Shown here in pieces: positions 1-9,840 of a DNA stretch of 64,000 nt. The position numbers and the translations under genes are program-made. This DNA comes from Alphaproteobacteria bacterium (GTDB lineage: Bacteria > Pseudomonadota > Alphaproteobacteria > MPNO01), in assembly GCA_965248835.1 (NCBI GenBank), contig CBDFLJ010000001.1, positions 704,001 through 768,000 on the forward strand. The letters run 5' to 3'. Positions within the stretch are counted from its first letter, which is position 1. Each line of letters begins with the position of its first letter. The notes beneath the pieces are model-generated. The model searched no databases. It worked only from the letters and a program-made list of their open reading frames with translations, and was not told the DNA's origin.

Positions 1-1051
1 TGCCCGAGACCTGGACCGAGAACTGCGAGGCGCCGACGACCGTCGCCCGGATGCCCTGGCCTGGATCGTAGACCGGATAGGGGATGCGCTTGTCGGTGAG
101 CGCGTGGTGGAGATGATGGGCAAGCGCCTTGCCGAGGTCGCCGTGGGGGGCGGCCTCGCGCTCATAGATATATTCCGAGACCCCGCCGGAGAAGGCGATG
201 ACCTCGGGCCTGATCCCGTTCTCCAGCGGCGGGGTGACCATGAGCGCACCGGCGAGATCGTCGGGCTCTTCCTGGCGGATGAAGCCGACCAGCACGTCGA
301 CCATGCGCAAGACCAGCGCACGCCGGTCCTGCGGGCTCAGCTTGCCGCCCGGCGCAAGCTCCAGACCCGCATCGCGCGCGACCTCGACCGCCGGGCCCTC
401 GATGCGCACCAACCTGTCATCGTCGTCGAACGCGACCAGGCGGCCGCCGATCGCGAACGCCGCCGTGGAGACGATCTCGCCGTTCCGGCACAGCGCGAGC
501 TTGGTCGTTCCGCCGCCGACATCGACGTTGAGGAAGACCTTGCCCTCGGACCGGGACAGCTTGACCGCGCCCGAGCCGTGGGCGGCCATCACGGCCTCCA
601 GGTTATGGCCGGCCGAGGCGCAGACGAACTTCCCGGTCTCCTCGGCAAACAGATCGGCTATCGCGCGCGCGTTGACCCGCTTGAGCGCCTCGCCGGTGAG
701 GATCACCGCGCCGCTGTCGATGTCGGCGGGCGTGAGCGCCGCCTTCTCGAAGGCATCGGCGAAAAAGCCCTTCAGCGCCCCGGCGTCGATGGTGTAGTCG
801 GGCCTGTAGGGCGTCAGCAGGATCGGCGAGCGCCACAGGATTTCCCGGTCGACCACCACGAAGCGGCTGGACAGCGCCTCGGACAACCGCTGCAGGTGGA
901 CCCGGGCGAACATCAGGTGCGAGGTCGAGGACCCGACATCGACGCCGACGGTGGTCAGCTCGACATTGTCGGCCCGCCAGATCGTGTCCCTGATGAACTC
1001 GGCCTCACGCTCCGAAGCCGGGTGAAAATGTGCGTAATCGAGCTCGTGCAT
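1..1051 (-). CDS. eutA: EutA-like ethanolamine ammonia-lyase reactivating factor family protein (ASKHA ATPase fold); 3' end runs off the window
   Basis: Not in the ORF track (no stop in window). Manual translation from ATG 1051: MHELDYAHF...ELTTVGVDVGSSTSHLMFARV (phosphate-1 motif) ... DPGQGIRATVVGASQFSVQVSG, matching the EutA IRATV[IV]GA motif. Confidence 0.8.
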   Translation of the reverse strand, partial: MHELDYAHFHPASEREAEFIRDTIWRADNVELTTVGVDVGSSTSHLMFARVHLQRLSEALSSRFVVVDREILWRSPILLTPYRPDYTIDAGALKGFFADAFEKAALTPADIDSGAVILTGEALKRVNARAIADLFAEETGKFVCASAGHNLEAVMAAHGSGAVKLSRSEGKVFLNVDVGGGTTKLALCRNGEIVSTAAFAIGGRLVAFDDDDRLVRIEGPAVEVARDAGLELAPGGKLSPQDRRALVLRMVDVLVGFIRQEEPDDLAGALMVTPPLENGIRPEVIAFSGGVSEYIYEREAAPHGDLGKALAHHLHHALTDKRIPYPVYDPGQGIRATVVGASQFSVQVSG

Positions 1052-1074
1052 CGACCTGATGGTTCTCTGCCGGC

Positions 1075-2199
1075 CTACTCGGCGGCCAGATACCGGGTTT
1101 CGTCGATCAGGTTGCCCATGCGCGACTCGACACCGTTCCTGGCAAGCGACTCGAGGAACAGCTTGTGGACCCTGGGGTCCTGGTCCTTGTATTCGATCTG
1201 GTCGCCGCCGTTCTTGACGTCGACATCGCCGCCGGCGAACAGACGCCGCTTGGACTCGGTCAGCGGATAGCGCAACGAGCCGAAGGCCACCGGGAAGTAC
1301 CGGGCCGGGCCGGCGGATGCGTTGAAATGCTGGTGGAACATCATATCGGCCGGCGCGAACACCACGCCGTGCTTCCACGGGTAGTGCATCATCTCCTCGT
1401 CGCCTTCCCACCAGCACAGCGAATAGCCCTCGCCGGTCACCCAGTAGACATGGAAGTCCGGTCCGTGGCGGTGCGCCTTCTTGTAGGTGCCGGCCGGCAT
1501 CTCCGAGCAGTGGGCGTGCATGGTGCCCTCGGCCAGGATGAACATGATGTTGGAGCTGCCCTCGCCGCGCTCGGGCCATTCGCGCAGCTCGAACTTGGAG
1601 ACGTCGGGGACGAAGTTGGTCTCCCACATGTGCTTGCCCGGCCGCTTGGCGACGAAATCGCCCTCGCCCGCGAAGTGGTTCGCTCCGCCCTCGCGCTCGG
1701 GGAAGCGGCACGGGTTGTCGAAGATGAACGCCTCGTTGTGGAAGCAGTTCATCATCAGCGGCGCCGACGTCGAGGCCGCGAGCTTGGCGTTCTCGGTGCC
1801 CGATCCGTTGAAGTGGCGGTACTTGCAGTTCAGCGGCAGGGCGAAGACGGACTTGGGCCCCCATTCGAAGCTGTGAGTCCGGCCGTCGGCGGTCTCCACC
1901 GTGGTGCTGCCGCGGCCCGACAGGACGTAGATGACCTCTTCGAACAGGTGCTGCTGCGGCTCGGTGGCCTGGCCTGGCAGGAGCTCGAGCAGGAACACCG
2001 ACATGAAGTCGCCGCGGCCCTTCAGGTGGACGAAGGCGGCGTTGCAGCCGTAGCGCGGCCACGGCGCGGTCGCGACATCGAAAAGGTCGACGCAGAACTC
2101 CTCGGCAATCGGCGGGCCTTCCTTCCCGCACCACAGAAGGTAGGTGTCCTCGAGGAACCCCTGGCCGGTGATGTCCCGGTCGTTCTCGTAGATCGCCAT
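1075..2199 (-). CDS. Bicupin (gentisate 1,2-dioxygenase-like) protein
   Basis: Two cupin motifs: QQHLFEEVIYVLSGRG and KAHRHGPDFHVYWVTGEG...FHQHFN. Start at ATG 2199, GGAGG 8 nt upstream. Confidence 0.75.
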   Translation of the reverse strand: MAIYENDRDITGQGFLEDTYLLWCGKEGPPIAEEFCVDLFDVATAPWPRYGCNAAFVHLKGRGDFMSVFLLELLPGQATEPQQHLFEEVIYVLSGRGSTTVETADGRTHSFEWGPKSVFALPLNCKYRHFNGSGTENAKLAASTSAPLMMNCFHNEAFIFDNPCRFPEREGGANHFAGEGDFVAKRPGKHMWETNFVPDVSKFELREWPERGEGSSNIMFILAEGTMHAHCSEMPAGTYKKAHRHGPDFHVYWVTGEGYSLCWWEGDEEMMHYPWKHGVVFAPADMMFHQHFNASAGPARYFPVAFGSLRYPLTESKRRLFAGGDVDVKNGGDQIEYKDQDPRVHKLFLESLARNGVESRMGNLIDETRYLAAE

Positions 2200-2430
2200 G
2201 CCGTCAGCCTCCATCATCGCCCGCGGCGGCACCGGCGGGCCACGCGCGAGTCTATCGCGGCGCCAGGCTGCCCCGAAGGATTTATTGCCGTTAAGTGGCA
2301 GAGCGGATTGCTATGGCAGCCGGGTCATCGCCGGGGCCGGCCGCAATCCTGGTCGCCGCCCACCCGTCGCGTCGCGCGGCGCCAGCGCCTAATATCGCGC
2401 TCAACGAGGCCGCATCTAAGGGGGTAAGGC

Positions 2431-4131
2431 GTGCGCTACGACTACATCATCGTCGGCGGCGGCTCGGCGGGCTGCGTGCTGGCCAATCGGCTGTCGTCGC
2501 GGCCGGGCAGGTCGGTGCTGCTGATCGAGGCCGGGATGGACACCCCGCCCGATCGGGTGCCCCAGGACATCCTGGATTCCTATCCGTTGGTCGCATATTT
2601 CAATCCCACATTCCAGTGGACCGACCTGCGGGTGCATTTGCACGCGATCTCCCACAACGCGCCGCGCACCGCGCCGGAACGGCGCTACGAGCAGGCCCGC
2701 GTGATGGGCGGCGGGTCCTCGATCAACGCCCAGCTCGCCAACCGCGGCGCGCCGGCCGACTACGACAACTGGGAGTCGATGGGTGCCACGGGCTGGAACT
2801 GGCAGGGCGTGCTGCCCTATTTCAGGAAGCTCGAGCGCGACATGGACTTCGACGGCCCGCTGCACGGCAAGGACGGACCGCTGCCGATCCGCCGTATCCT
2901 GCCCGATGTCTGGCCGGGCTATGCCGCCGCCGCCGCCAAGGCGTTCGCCGCGCAGGGCCATGCCTACCGCGAGGATCAGAACGGCCCCTTCGAGGACGGT
3001 TATTTCCCGATCACCATCTCCAATCTCTACGACCGCCGGGTCTCCGCCGCGATCGCCTATCTCGACAACGCGACGCGCGCGCGCGCCAACCTGCGCCTGC
3101 TTGCGGAGCGCCAGGTCCAGAAGGTGCTGTTCGAGGGAACCCAAGCGGTGGGCGTCCAGGTCTCCGCGCCCGACGGCAGCGCCGGCGAGCGGATCGAAGG
3201 CTCGGAGATCATCCTGAGCGCGGGTGCGATCCATTCCCCTGCAATGCTCATGCGCTCGGGCGTCGGGCCGGCCGCCCATCTGGCCGAGCACGGACTCGAC
3301 GTGGTCGCCGACGTCCCGGCGGTCGGCCAGAACCTGGGCGAGCACCCCGCGACCGGGGTGTCGGCCTATATCGACGAGGCGGCCCGGATGCCGGCAATCC
3401 AACGCCGGCACATCCATGTCGCGCTGCGCTACTCCTCGGGCTTCGAGGATTGTCCGCAGGGCGACATGTACATGGCTGCGGTCGGGAAATCCGCCTGGCA
3501 TCCGATCGGTTGGCGGCTGGGCTCGTTCCTGCTCTGGGTAAACCGGTCCTATTCGCGCGGCCAAGTGCGGCTCGCCTCCGCCGACTGGCGCGCCGAGCCG
3601 TATGTCGCGTTCAACCTCCTGTCCGACCGGCGCGACCTGGAGCGGCTGAAGATGGGGCTGCGCAAGATGGCGGGCCTGTTCGAGACCGGGCCCATGAAAG
3701 CCATCGCGCACGACCCCTTTCCGTCGAGCTACTCGGAGCGGGTGAGGAGTGTCGGCGTGGTCAACCGGGCGAACTACATCAAGACCGGAATCGCGGCCAG
3801 GCTGATGGATTCATCGGCGGTGATCCGCCGCTACATGATCCGCAACCTGCTGACCGACGGCGAGGATCTCGCCGCTCTGGCGGCCAGCGACGACGTGTTG
3901 GAGGACTATCTCCGCCGCGCGGTCCACGGCACATGGCATGCCTCCTGCACCGCGCGCATGGGCCGCGGCGAAGATCCGTCCGCGGCCACCGACCCGGCCG
4001 GCCGGGTCCGCGGCACCGCGAGCCTGCGGGTGGTCGACGCCTCGGTGATGCCGGCGACGCCGTGTGCCAACACCAACATCCCGACCATCATGATCGCCGA
4101 GAAGATGGCCGAGGCGATTCTGACGGTATAG
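2431..4131 (+). CDS. GMC-family FAD oxidoreductase, HmfH/HMF oxidase-like
   Basis: YDYIIVGGGSAG dinucleotide motif, GGGSSINAQLANRG, C-terminal TWHAS and NTNIPTIMIAEK. From recall, resembles Cupriavidus HmfH (DTPPDxVPxxILDSYP; WHxxGxRLG). Confidence 0.85.
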   Translation: MRYDYIIVGGGSAGCVLANRLSSRPGRSVLLIEAGMDTPPDRVPQDILDSYPLVAYFNPTFQWTDLRVHLHAISHNAPRTAPERRYEQARVMGGGSSINAQLANRGAPADYDNWESMGATGWNWQGVLPYFRKLERDMDFDGPLHGKDGPLPIRRILPDVWPGYAAAAAKAFAAQGHAYREDQNGPFEDGYFPITISNLYDRRVSAAIAYLDNATRARANLRLLAERQVQKVLFEGTQAVGVQVSAPDGSAGERIEGSEIILSAGAIHSPAMLMRSGVGPAAHLAEHGLDVVADVPAVGQNLGEHPATGVSAYIDEAARMPAIQRRHIHVALRYSSGFEDCPQGDMYMAAVGKSAWHPIGWRLGSFLLWVNRSYSRGQVRLASADWRAEPYVAFNLLSDRRDLERLKMGLRKMAGLFETGPMKAIAHDPFPSSYSERVRSVGVVNRANYIKTGIAARLMDSSAVIRRYMIRNLLTDGEDLAALAASDDVLEDYLRRAVHGTWHASCTARMGRGEDPSAATDPAGRVRGTASLRVVDASVMPATPCANTNIPTIMIAEKMAEAILTV

Positions 4132-4209
4132 AGAGCAGGGACGGCCGCTTGTGATCGGCGCGTCGCCGGTGCTACCGTCCGCGCCGCGCCGGTTGGATGG
4201 GGTCGGGTG

Positions 4210-5820
4210 ATGGCAGCCAATTTTCGGGATCTCCTCGAGGACCTTCGGGCCGCCGGGCAACTCGTCGAAGTGGCCCGCCCGGTGGACATCCGCCATATCG
4301 CGGCGCTGGTCGACCAATCCGACAAGGCCCTGCTGTTCACCAACGTGAACGGCTACGACATGCCGGTGGTCTCGGGCGTGATCAACGACCGCGACCGGCT
4401 GGCGATCGCGATGGGCTGCGATTTCGGGGCAATCGAGGGGCGGGTGCGCGACGGGCTCGACAGGCCGATCGCACCGCGCACGGTCAATTCGGGGCCGGCG
4501 CGCGAGGTGATGGTCGAGGGCGATGCGGTCGATCTCTACGGATTGCCGATCCCCCTGTTCTCCGTGCTCGACGGCGGGCCGATGATCACCGCGGGCGTGA
4601 CCCTGGCGCGCGATCCGGACGGCGAGCACGGGCTGAATGCCGGGGTCTACCGCTTCCTGGTCAAGGAGCGCGCGCTGACCGGCATCGACATCGTTACCCC
4701 CAACAACCTCAGGCGGTTCGCCGAGAAAGCGTTCGCGCGGGGCGCGCCGCTGCCGATCTCGATCAATATCGGCACCCACCCGATCGAGGTGATCGCGGCG
4801 ACCTACAAGGCGCCCATCGGCACCAGCGAGGTCGCGATCGCCGGCGGGATGCGGGGCGAGGGGCTGGCGTTGACCCCCTGCAAGACGGTCGACATCGACT
4901 GCATCGCCGATGCCGAGATCGTGCTCGAGGCGGAGATCCTGCCCACCGGCTGGACCCGGCCGGAAGGGCGGTTCGGCGAGTTCACCCGGCTGATGGGCGG
5001 GCTGCACTGGAACCCGCTGGTCCGCATCACCGCGATCTCGATGCGCAAGCAGGCGGTCTACTACGCGCTGCACATGCCGTGGGAGAACATCTGGCCGTCG
5101 GGGCCGATCTACGAGGCCGCGGTCAGGCGGGTGTGCCACGAGGCCGGCGTCCAAGTCACCGCTGTCAACATTACGCCCGGCGGATGCTGCCACTGGCACG
5201 CGGTGATCGCGATCAAGCCGCACCCGGGCGACGGCAAGAACACGATCGCCGCCGCGCTCTCGGTCGCCGACATGAAGCACGTCACCGTGGTCGAGGACGA
5301 TATCGACGTCTTCGATGCGGTGGACGTCGAATGGGCGGTGGCAACCCGCGTCCAGGCCGACCGGGACGTCCTGATCCTTTCCAACGCCCGCTCCAAGCCG
5401 CTCGATCCGAGCCTCCGGATCGAGCCCGGCAAGGTGCCGACCACCGCCAAGATGGGCATCGATGCGACGATCGCCGACGATGTGCCGCGCGAGCGGTTTC
5501 ACCGGATTTCCTACGCCTATGCCGATCAGGTGCGGATCGGCGATTACCTGGGCGGCGCCAACGGGGCCGAGGCGCCGGCGCTCCAGGCGATCGATCCGGC
5601 CGATCTCGGGGCGCGGATCAAGGCGGACATCGAGGCGGCGCCGGCCTATTTCGCCGAGCTCGCCGAGCGTTATGCCGCCCACGGATTCCAGGCCGTTGCC
5701 CGTGCGTTGGGCGATCTGCATGCGGCCGATGTCCTGTGGCAGGACGCCGAGGGCCGGCATTGCCTGAAGGACTCATCGTTTGCCGCCGTGCCGCCGGCAG
5801 CGAAACGGACGGGTTCGTGA
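4210..5820 (+). CDS. UbiD-family prFMN-dependent (de)carboxylase with C-terminal extension
   Basis: NAGVYR, EGRFGEF (catalytic R...E-x4-E), VEDDIDVFD, VEWAVATRVQADRD, LDPS, KMGIDAT. Confidence 0.9.
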   Translation: MAANFRDLLEDLRAAGQLVEVARPVDIRHIAALVDQSDKALLFTNVNGYDMPVVSGVINDRDRLAIAMGCDFGAIEGRVRDGLDRPIAPRTVNSGPAREVMVEGDAVDLYGLPIPLFSVLDGGPMITAGVTLARDPDGEHGLNAGVYRFLVKERALTGIDIVTPNNLRRFAEKAFARGAPLPISINIGTHPIEVIAATYKAPIGTSEVAIAGGMRGEGLALTPCKTVDIDCIADAEIVLEAEILPTGWTRPEGRFGEFTRLMGGLHWNPLVRITAISMRKQAVYYALHMPWENIWPSGPIYEAAVRRVCHEAGVQVTAVNITPGGCCHWHAVIAIKPHPGDGKNTIAAALSVADMKHVTVVEDDIDVFDAVDVEWAVATRVQADRDVLILSNARSKPLDPSLRIEPGKVPTTAKMGIDATIADDVPRERFHRISYAYADQVRIGDYLGGANGAEAPALQAIDPADLGARIKADIEAAPAYFAELAERYAAHGFQAVARALGDLHAADVLWQDAEGRHCLKDSSFAAVPPAAKRTGS

Positions 5821-5851
5821 GCCCGTCTGTCGCCGCGCCGGACCCGGCGGC

Positions 5852-6406
5852 TCAGGAGTCGTAGCGGATCAGCGTATCGACGGGCACGTCGAGCCGCCGT
5901 CGCCCGCCGAGGAAGGCGAGTTCGATGATGCAGGCCGCTCCTTGGACATCGGCGCCGACGCCGCGCAGGAGTTCGATTGCCGCCGCCATCGTGCCGCCGG
6001 TCGCCAGCAGGTCGTCGACGACCACGACACGCTGGCCGGGCGTGATCGCGTCGGCCTGGATCTCGACCGTATCGGTGCCGTATTCAAGGTCGTATTCATA
6101 GGCGATGGTCTCGCCCGGCAGCTTGTCCTTCTTGCGGACCATGGTGAAGCCGAGCCCGAGACGCAGCGCCAAGGGCGCCGCCACCAGGAAACCGCGGGAC
6201 TCGATTCCGATGAGCCGTTCGGGCCCGTGCCGGGCGACGGCGTCGGCCATTCCGGTGACCGCGCTCTGCCATGCCTGGGCGTGCTGCAAGAGCGTCGAGA
6301 TGTCGTAGAACAGGATGCCCGGCTTGGGAAAATCGGGGACCTGTCGGATATGCTGCTTCAAATCCACCGTGAATCCAGCGGTTGCCGGTCCCGTGTTCGT
6401 GGCCAT
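5852..6406 (-). CDS. apt: Adenine phosphoribosyltransferase
   Basis: [31 protein letters not shown] loop [11 protein letters not shown]. Confidence 0.95.
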   Translation of the reverse strand: MATNTGPATAGFTVDLKQHIRQVPDFPKPGILFYDISTLLQHAQAWQSAVTGMADAVARHGPERLIGIESRGFLVAAPLALRLGLGFTMVRKKDKLPGETIAYEYDLEYGTDTVEIQADAITPGQRVVVVDDLLATGGTMAAAIELLRGVGADVQGAACIIELAFLGGRRRLDVPVDTLIRYDS

Positions 6407-6461
6407 CCTAGCCGCCGCGACCGCCTTGCGCTACCGATCGGCACGGGGTTCACTCGCCGGC

Positions 6462-7319
6462 ATGGCAACGGTCCTCCCCCTTTGGATCGCGGTGATGCTC
6501 CTCGGCAGCTCGGCAGCGGCCGCGGGATTCCGCGCGCCGGAGACCGTACCCGTCGCGGCCGGGCCCTATGTCGCGGGCTCGGACCGCGCGGAGCGCGAGG
6601 CCGCCTATCGGCTGGACGAGGAGGCCTACGGCCATTCGATCACCCGCCGCGACCGGTGGTACGAGAACGAGCCGGCGCGGCAGACCCGGACCCTCTCCGG
6701 TTTCCAGATCATGCGCACGCCGGTCACCAACGTCCAGTACGCGGTTTTCCTCGCCGAGACCGGACACCGCGCGCCCGACGTGGAAGCCGGGACCTGGGCG
6801 GGCTACCGGCTGATCCACCCCTATGCGCGCACCAGGCGCCACGCCTGGAAGAACGGACGCCCGCCGCCCGGGCGCGGCCGTCATCCGGTGGTGATGGTCT
6901 CCCACGGCGATGCGTCGGCCTATACCGCCTGGCTCGGCCGCAAGACCGGGATCGCCTGGCGCCTGCCCAGCGAGGCGCAATGGGAAAAGGCCGCGCGCGG
7001 CGCGGACGGCCGGATGTTCCCCTGGGGCGCAAGCTTCGATCCCGGCGTGCTCAACAGCGCCGATGCCGGCCCTTTCGATACCGTCCCGGTCGATCGGAAC
7101 GTCGCGGGGGCGAGCACCTACGGGATGCTGGACGCGGCAGGGCAGGTCTTCGAATGGACCGCCACGCCGGGCCGGTCCGGGCGGTTCGTCGTCAAGGGCG
7201 GGTCGTGGGACGACAAGGGTTGTGGCGTCTGCCGCCCGGCCGCCCGCCATACCTGCCCTGCTGCCATCAAGCACATCCTGATCGGCTTCCGCCTGGTAAG
7301 CGGCCCGGATGAGCAATAA
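6462..7319 (+). CDS. Secreted FGE-sulfatase (SUMF1/EgtB/PvdO) domain protein
   Basis: Signal-peptide-like N-terminus from ATG 6462; VTNVQY, HPVVMVS, RLPSEAQWEKAARG, GQVFEW, KGGSW, IGFR. Confidence 0.85.
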   Translation: MATVLPLWIAVMLLGSSAAAAGFRAPETVPVAAGPYVAGSDRAEREAAYRLDEEAYGHSITRRDRWYENEPARQTRTLSGFQIMRTPVTNVQYAVFLAETGHRAPDVEAGTWAGYRLIHPYARTRRHAWKNGRPPPGRGRHPVVMVSHGDASAYTAWLGRKTGIAWRLPSEAQWEKAARGADGRMFPWGASFDPGVLNSADAGPFDTVPVDRNVAGASTYGMLDAAGQVFEWTATPGRSGRFVVKGGSWDDKGCGVCRPAARHTCPAAIKHILIGFRLVSGPDEQ

Positions 7320-8031
7320 CCCGCCCAAGGCCTTCGTCCTGGTCCACGGCACATCCCATGGCGGCTGGTGCTGGGCCCGCGTCGCCCGCCTGCTGCGCGC
7401 GCAGGGCCACGACGTGTTCGCGCCGACCTTGACCGGTGTCGGCGAGCGGTCCCACCTTTTGCGCCCCGGGATCGATCTCGATACCCACATCACCGATGTG
7501 GTCAATGTCATCAGGTGGGAACGGCTCCAGGACGTGGTGCTGTGCGGCCATTCCTACGGCGGCTGGGTGATCTCGGGAGTCGTCGAGCAGGTGCCCGAGC
7601 GCATCGGATCGATCGTCTACGTCGATGCGTTCCTGCCCGAGGACGGCCAGCGCGGAATCGACCTGCAATCGCCGGAGAGCAGCGCCGAGGTGCTGGACGC
7701 CGCGGAAAAGGGCGAGACGGCGCGCCCGGCGCACTCGGCCGCGCGCTACGGGCTCAACCGGGCGGACCTTGCCTGGGTCGATCCGCTGCTTACGCCCCAG
7801 CCGGTCGGCGTGTCGCTGCAGCCCATCCGGCTTACCGGTGCGCGCGAGCGCGTGGCGAGGAAGGCTTACGTGCTCGCAACGGGCTATGCCGAAGCGAACC
7901 CCCGGTTCGCCGAGGCCTACAGGAGGCTCAAGCCCGACCCGACCTGGCGCCTGTTCGAGGCCCCCTGCGGCCACGAGGTGATGCTCGACATGCCGGATCT
8001 GGTGGCCGAGATCCTGCTGGACGTCGCCTGA
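7309..8031 (+). CDS. Alpha/beta hydrolase (methylesterase-like)
   Basis: FVLVHGTSHGGWCW, GHSYGG nucleophile, C-terminal GHEVM. Confidence 0.9.
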   Translation: MSNNPPKAFVLVHGTSHGGWCWARVARLLRAQGHDVFAPTLTGVGERSHLLRPGIDLDTHITDVVNVIRWERLQDVVLCGHSYGGWVISGVVEQVPERIGSIVYVDAFLPEDGQRGIDLQSPESSAEVLDAAEKGETARPAHSAARYGLNRADLAWVDPLLTPQPVGVSLQPIRLTGARERVARKAYVLATGYAEANPRFAEAYRRLKPDPTWRLFEAPCGHEVMLDMPDLVAEILLDVA

Positions 8032-8074
8032 CCGGGGTGCGGGCCGGACCGGACCGAGCCGGCTGGAACAGGCC

Positions 8075-8830
8075 TCAATGCATCGCCGCGCCGCCGTCTA
8101 CCACCAGGGTCTGGCCGGTGACGAAGTCGCTGTCGGGCGAGCACAGGTAGATCATCGCGCCCAGCAGGTCTTCGGGTACCTCCTCACGCTTGATCGCGCG
8201 GCTTGCGAGGTTGACCGCCTTGTTGCCCGCGAACTGATCGCTGGCCGCTATCGCTTCGCTCATCGTCAGGCCGGGCGCGATGCAGTTCACGCAGATTCCG
8301 TGATCGCCGACCTCGCGGGCGAGCGCGCGGGTGAGCGCGATGACCGCGCCCTTGGAGCTGACATAATGCAGCATCCGAGGCGTTCCCTTGAACACCGTGC
8401 CCGATGAGATGTTGACGATCTTGCCGTAGCCGGCCGCCCGCATATGCGGCACCACGGCCTTGGCGAAGGAGAACGTGCCGCGGGTGTTGACCCGCATCAC
8501 CGAATCCCATTCCGCCTCGTCGATGTCGAGGAACGAGCCGTGGTCGAAATCGACCACCCGGGCGGCGTTGTTGACCAGGATATCGATCCGCCCGAAGGCT
8601 TCCATGGTCGCGGCGACCGCGGCCGCGATCTGACCGGTATCGGTAACGTCGCACGCGAACCCCAACGCCCGCCCGCCGGCATCGGTGATCGATGCCACGG
8701 TGGCGGCGGTATCGAGCACATCGGCGGCGGCAACCGCCGCTCCTTCGCCAGCCAGCGCGTTTGCGTAGGCGGCACCCAGGCCGCGCCCCCCGCCGGTTAC
8801 GATCGCAACCCGTCCGTCCAGTCGACCCAT
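8075..8830 (-). CDS. Short-chain dehydrogenase/reductase
   Basis: TGGGRGLG, LVNNA, YVSSK, DFVTGQTLVVDGG. Confidence 0.9.
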   Translation of the reverse strand: MGRLDGRVAIVTGGGRGLGAAYANALAGEGAAVAAADVLDTAATVASITDAGGRALGFACDVTDTGQIAAAVAATMEAFGRIDILVNNAARVVDFDHGSFLDIDEAEWDSVMRVNTRGTFSFAKAVVPHMRAAGYGKIVNISSGTVFKGTPRMLHYVSSKGAVIALTRALAREVGDHGICVNCIAPGLTMSEAIAASDQFAGNKAVNLASRAIKREEVPEDLLGAMIYLCSPDSDFVTGQTLVVDGGAAMH

Positions 8831-8957
8831 CGCGCGCTTCCTCCGCTTGAGACCCGTTGGCCGGTGAGAATAGCCGGGCACCTGGATGCTTCTCAATGCC
8901 TGCGGTTTGGCGATACTGTGGGGCCGGACAGGATGCGACGTTCCGATGGAGGTCCAG

Positions 8958-9779
8958 ATGGCGGGCAGCCTGAGCGCGGCCGAAGTGGCCCATTTCCGCG
9001 ACCAGGGATATCTCTATCCCAAGCGCGCGATCCCGGGCGAGAAAGCCGACGAATACCGCCGCCTGCTCGATCACTACGAGACCGTGCTGGGGACCGAGCC
9101 GCAGACCTATCTGAAGATCAAGGCCCACGTGGCCGCGCCCTGGATCGTTGATCTGGCGTGCAGCGCAGCGATTCTGGATGCGGTCGAATCGCTGCTTGGG
9201 CCGGACATCCTGCTTTTCGGCACTTCGCTGTTCGCCAAGAAAGGCAACGATCCGCGCTTCGTTTCCTGGCACCAGGATTCGGCCTATTACGGGCTCGACC
9301 CGCACGAGGAGGTGACGGCGTGGGTGGCGTTGACCCCTTCGACGCGCGAGAACGGCTGCATGCGGGTGATGCCGGGCTCCCACAACGGCCCCGACCTGGT
9401 CCATGAGGAGACCTACGATCCCGAGAACCTGCTCGCCCGCGGCCAGTCGATCCACGGCCTGGACGACGACGAGGCGGTCTATATGGAGCTCCAGGCCGGC
9501 GAGTTCTCGATTCACCACGAGCGGACCGCGCACGGCTCGCTGGCCAACCAATCCGATCGGCCCCGCGTCGGCGTGGCCTATTTCTACATGCCGGCCCATG
9601 TGCGCTCGACGATCGGCCGGCGCAGCGCGCTCCTGGTCCGCGGCACCGACCGCCACGGCCACTGGGACCGAGACCCCCTGCCCAAGGAGGATCTCGACCC
9701 CGTCTGCATGGATTTCCTCAAGGACATGTGGGCCCGCTACCAGTCGCGCGACGTCGCCCAGGCCGCGGCGGACGATTAG
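8958..9779 (+). CDS. Phytanoyl-CoA dioxygenase (PhyH) family Fe(II)/2-oxoglutarate oxygenase
   Basis: WHQD (HxD) and distal HGS...R; GGAGG RBS before ATG 8958. Confidence 0.9.
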   Translation: MAGSLSAAEVAHFRDQGYLYPKRAIPGEKADEYRRLLDHYETVLGTEPQTYLKIKAHVAAPWIVDLACSAAILDAVESLLGPDILLFGTSLFAKKGNDPRFVSWHQDSAYYGLDPHEEVTAWVALTPSTRENGCMRVMPGSHNGPDLVHEETYDPENLLARGQSIHGLDDDEAVYMELQAGEFSIHHERTAHGSLANQSDRPRVGVAYFYMPAHVRSTIGRRSALLVRGTDRHGHWDRDPLPKEDLDPVCMDFLKDMWARYQSRDVAQAAADD

Positions 9780-9840
9780 CGACGGCTGATCTCCTGCAAG
9801 ATCCGGCCGCACAAGGCCGAAGTGCCGTCTTGGAGTCGCT

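Noticed and set aside
104-1270. Long alternative-frame ORFs (e.g. 104-1270 +, 3811-5760 -, 20772-23126 +, 49473-51773 -)
   Set aside because: Shadow ORFs of high-GC coding sequence overlapping genes with clear family motifs.
2296-2312. Sigma54-like TGGCAG...TTGCT upstream of the GMC oxidase
   Set aside because: GG-to-GC spacing is 11 nt rather than the required 10.
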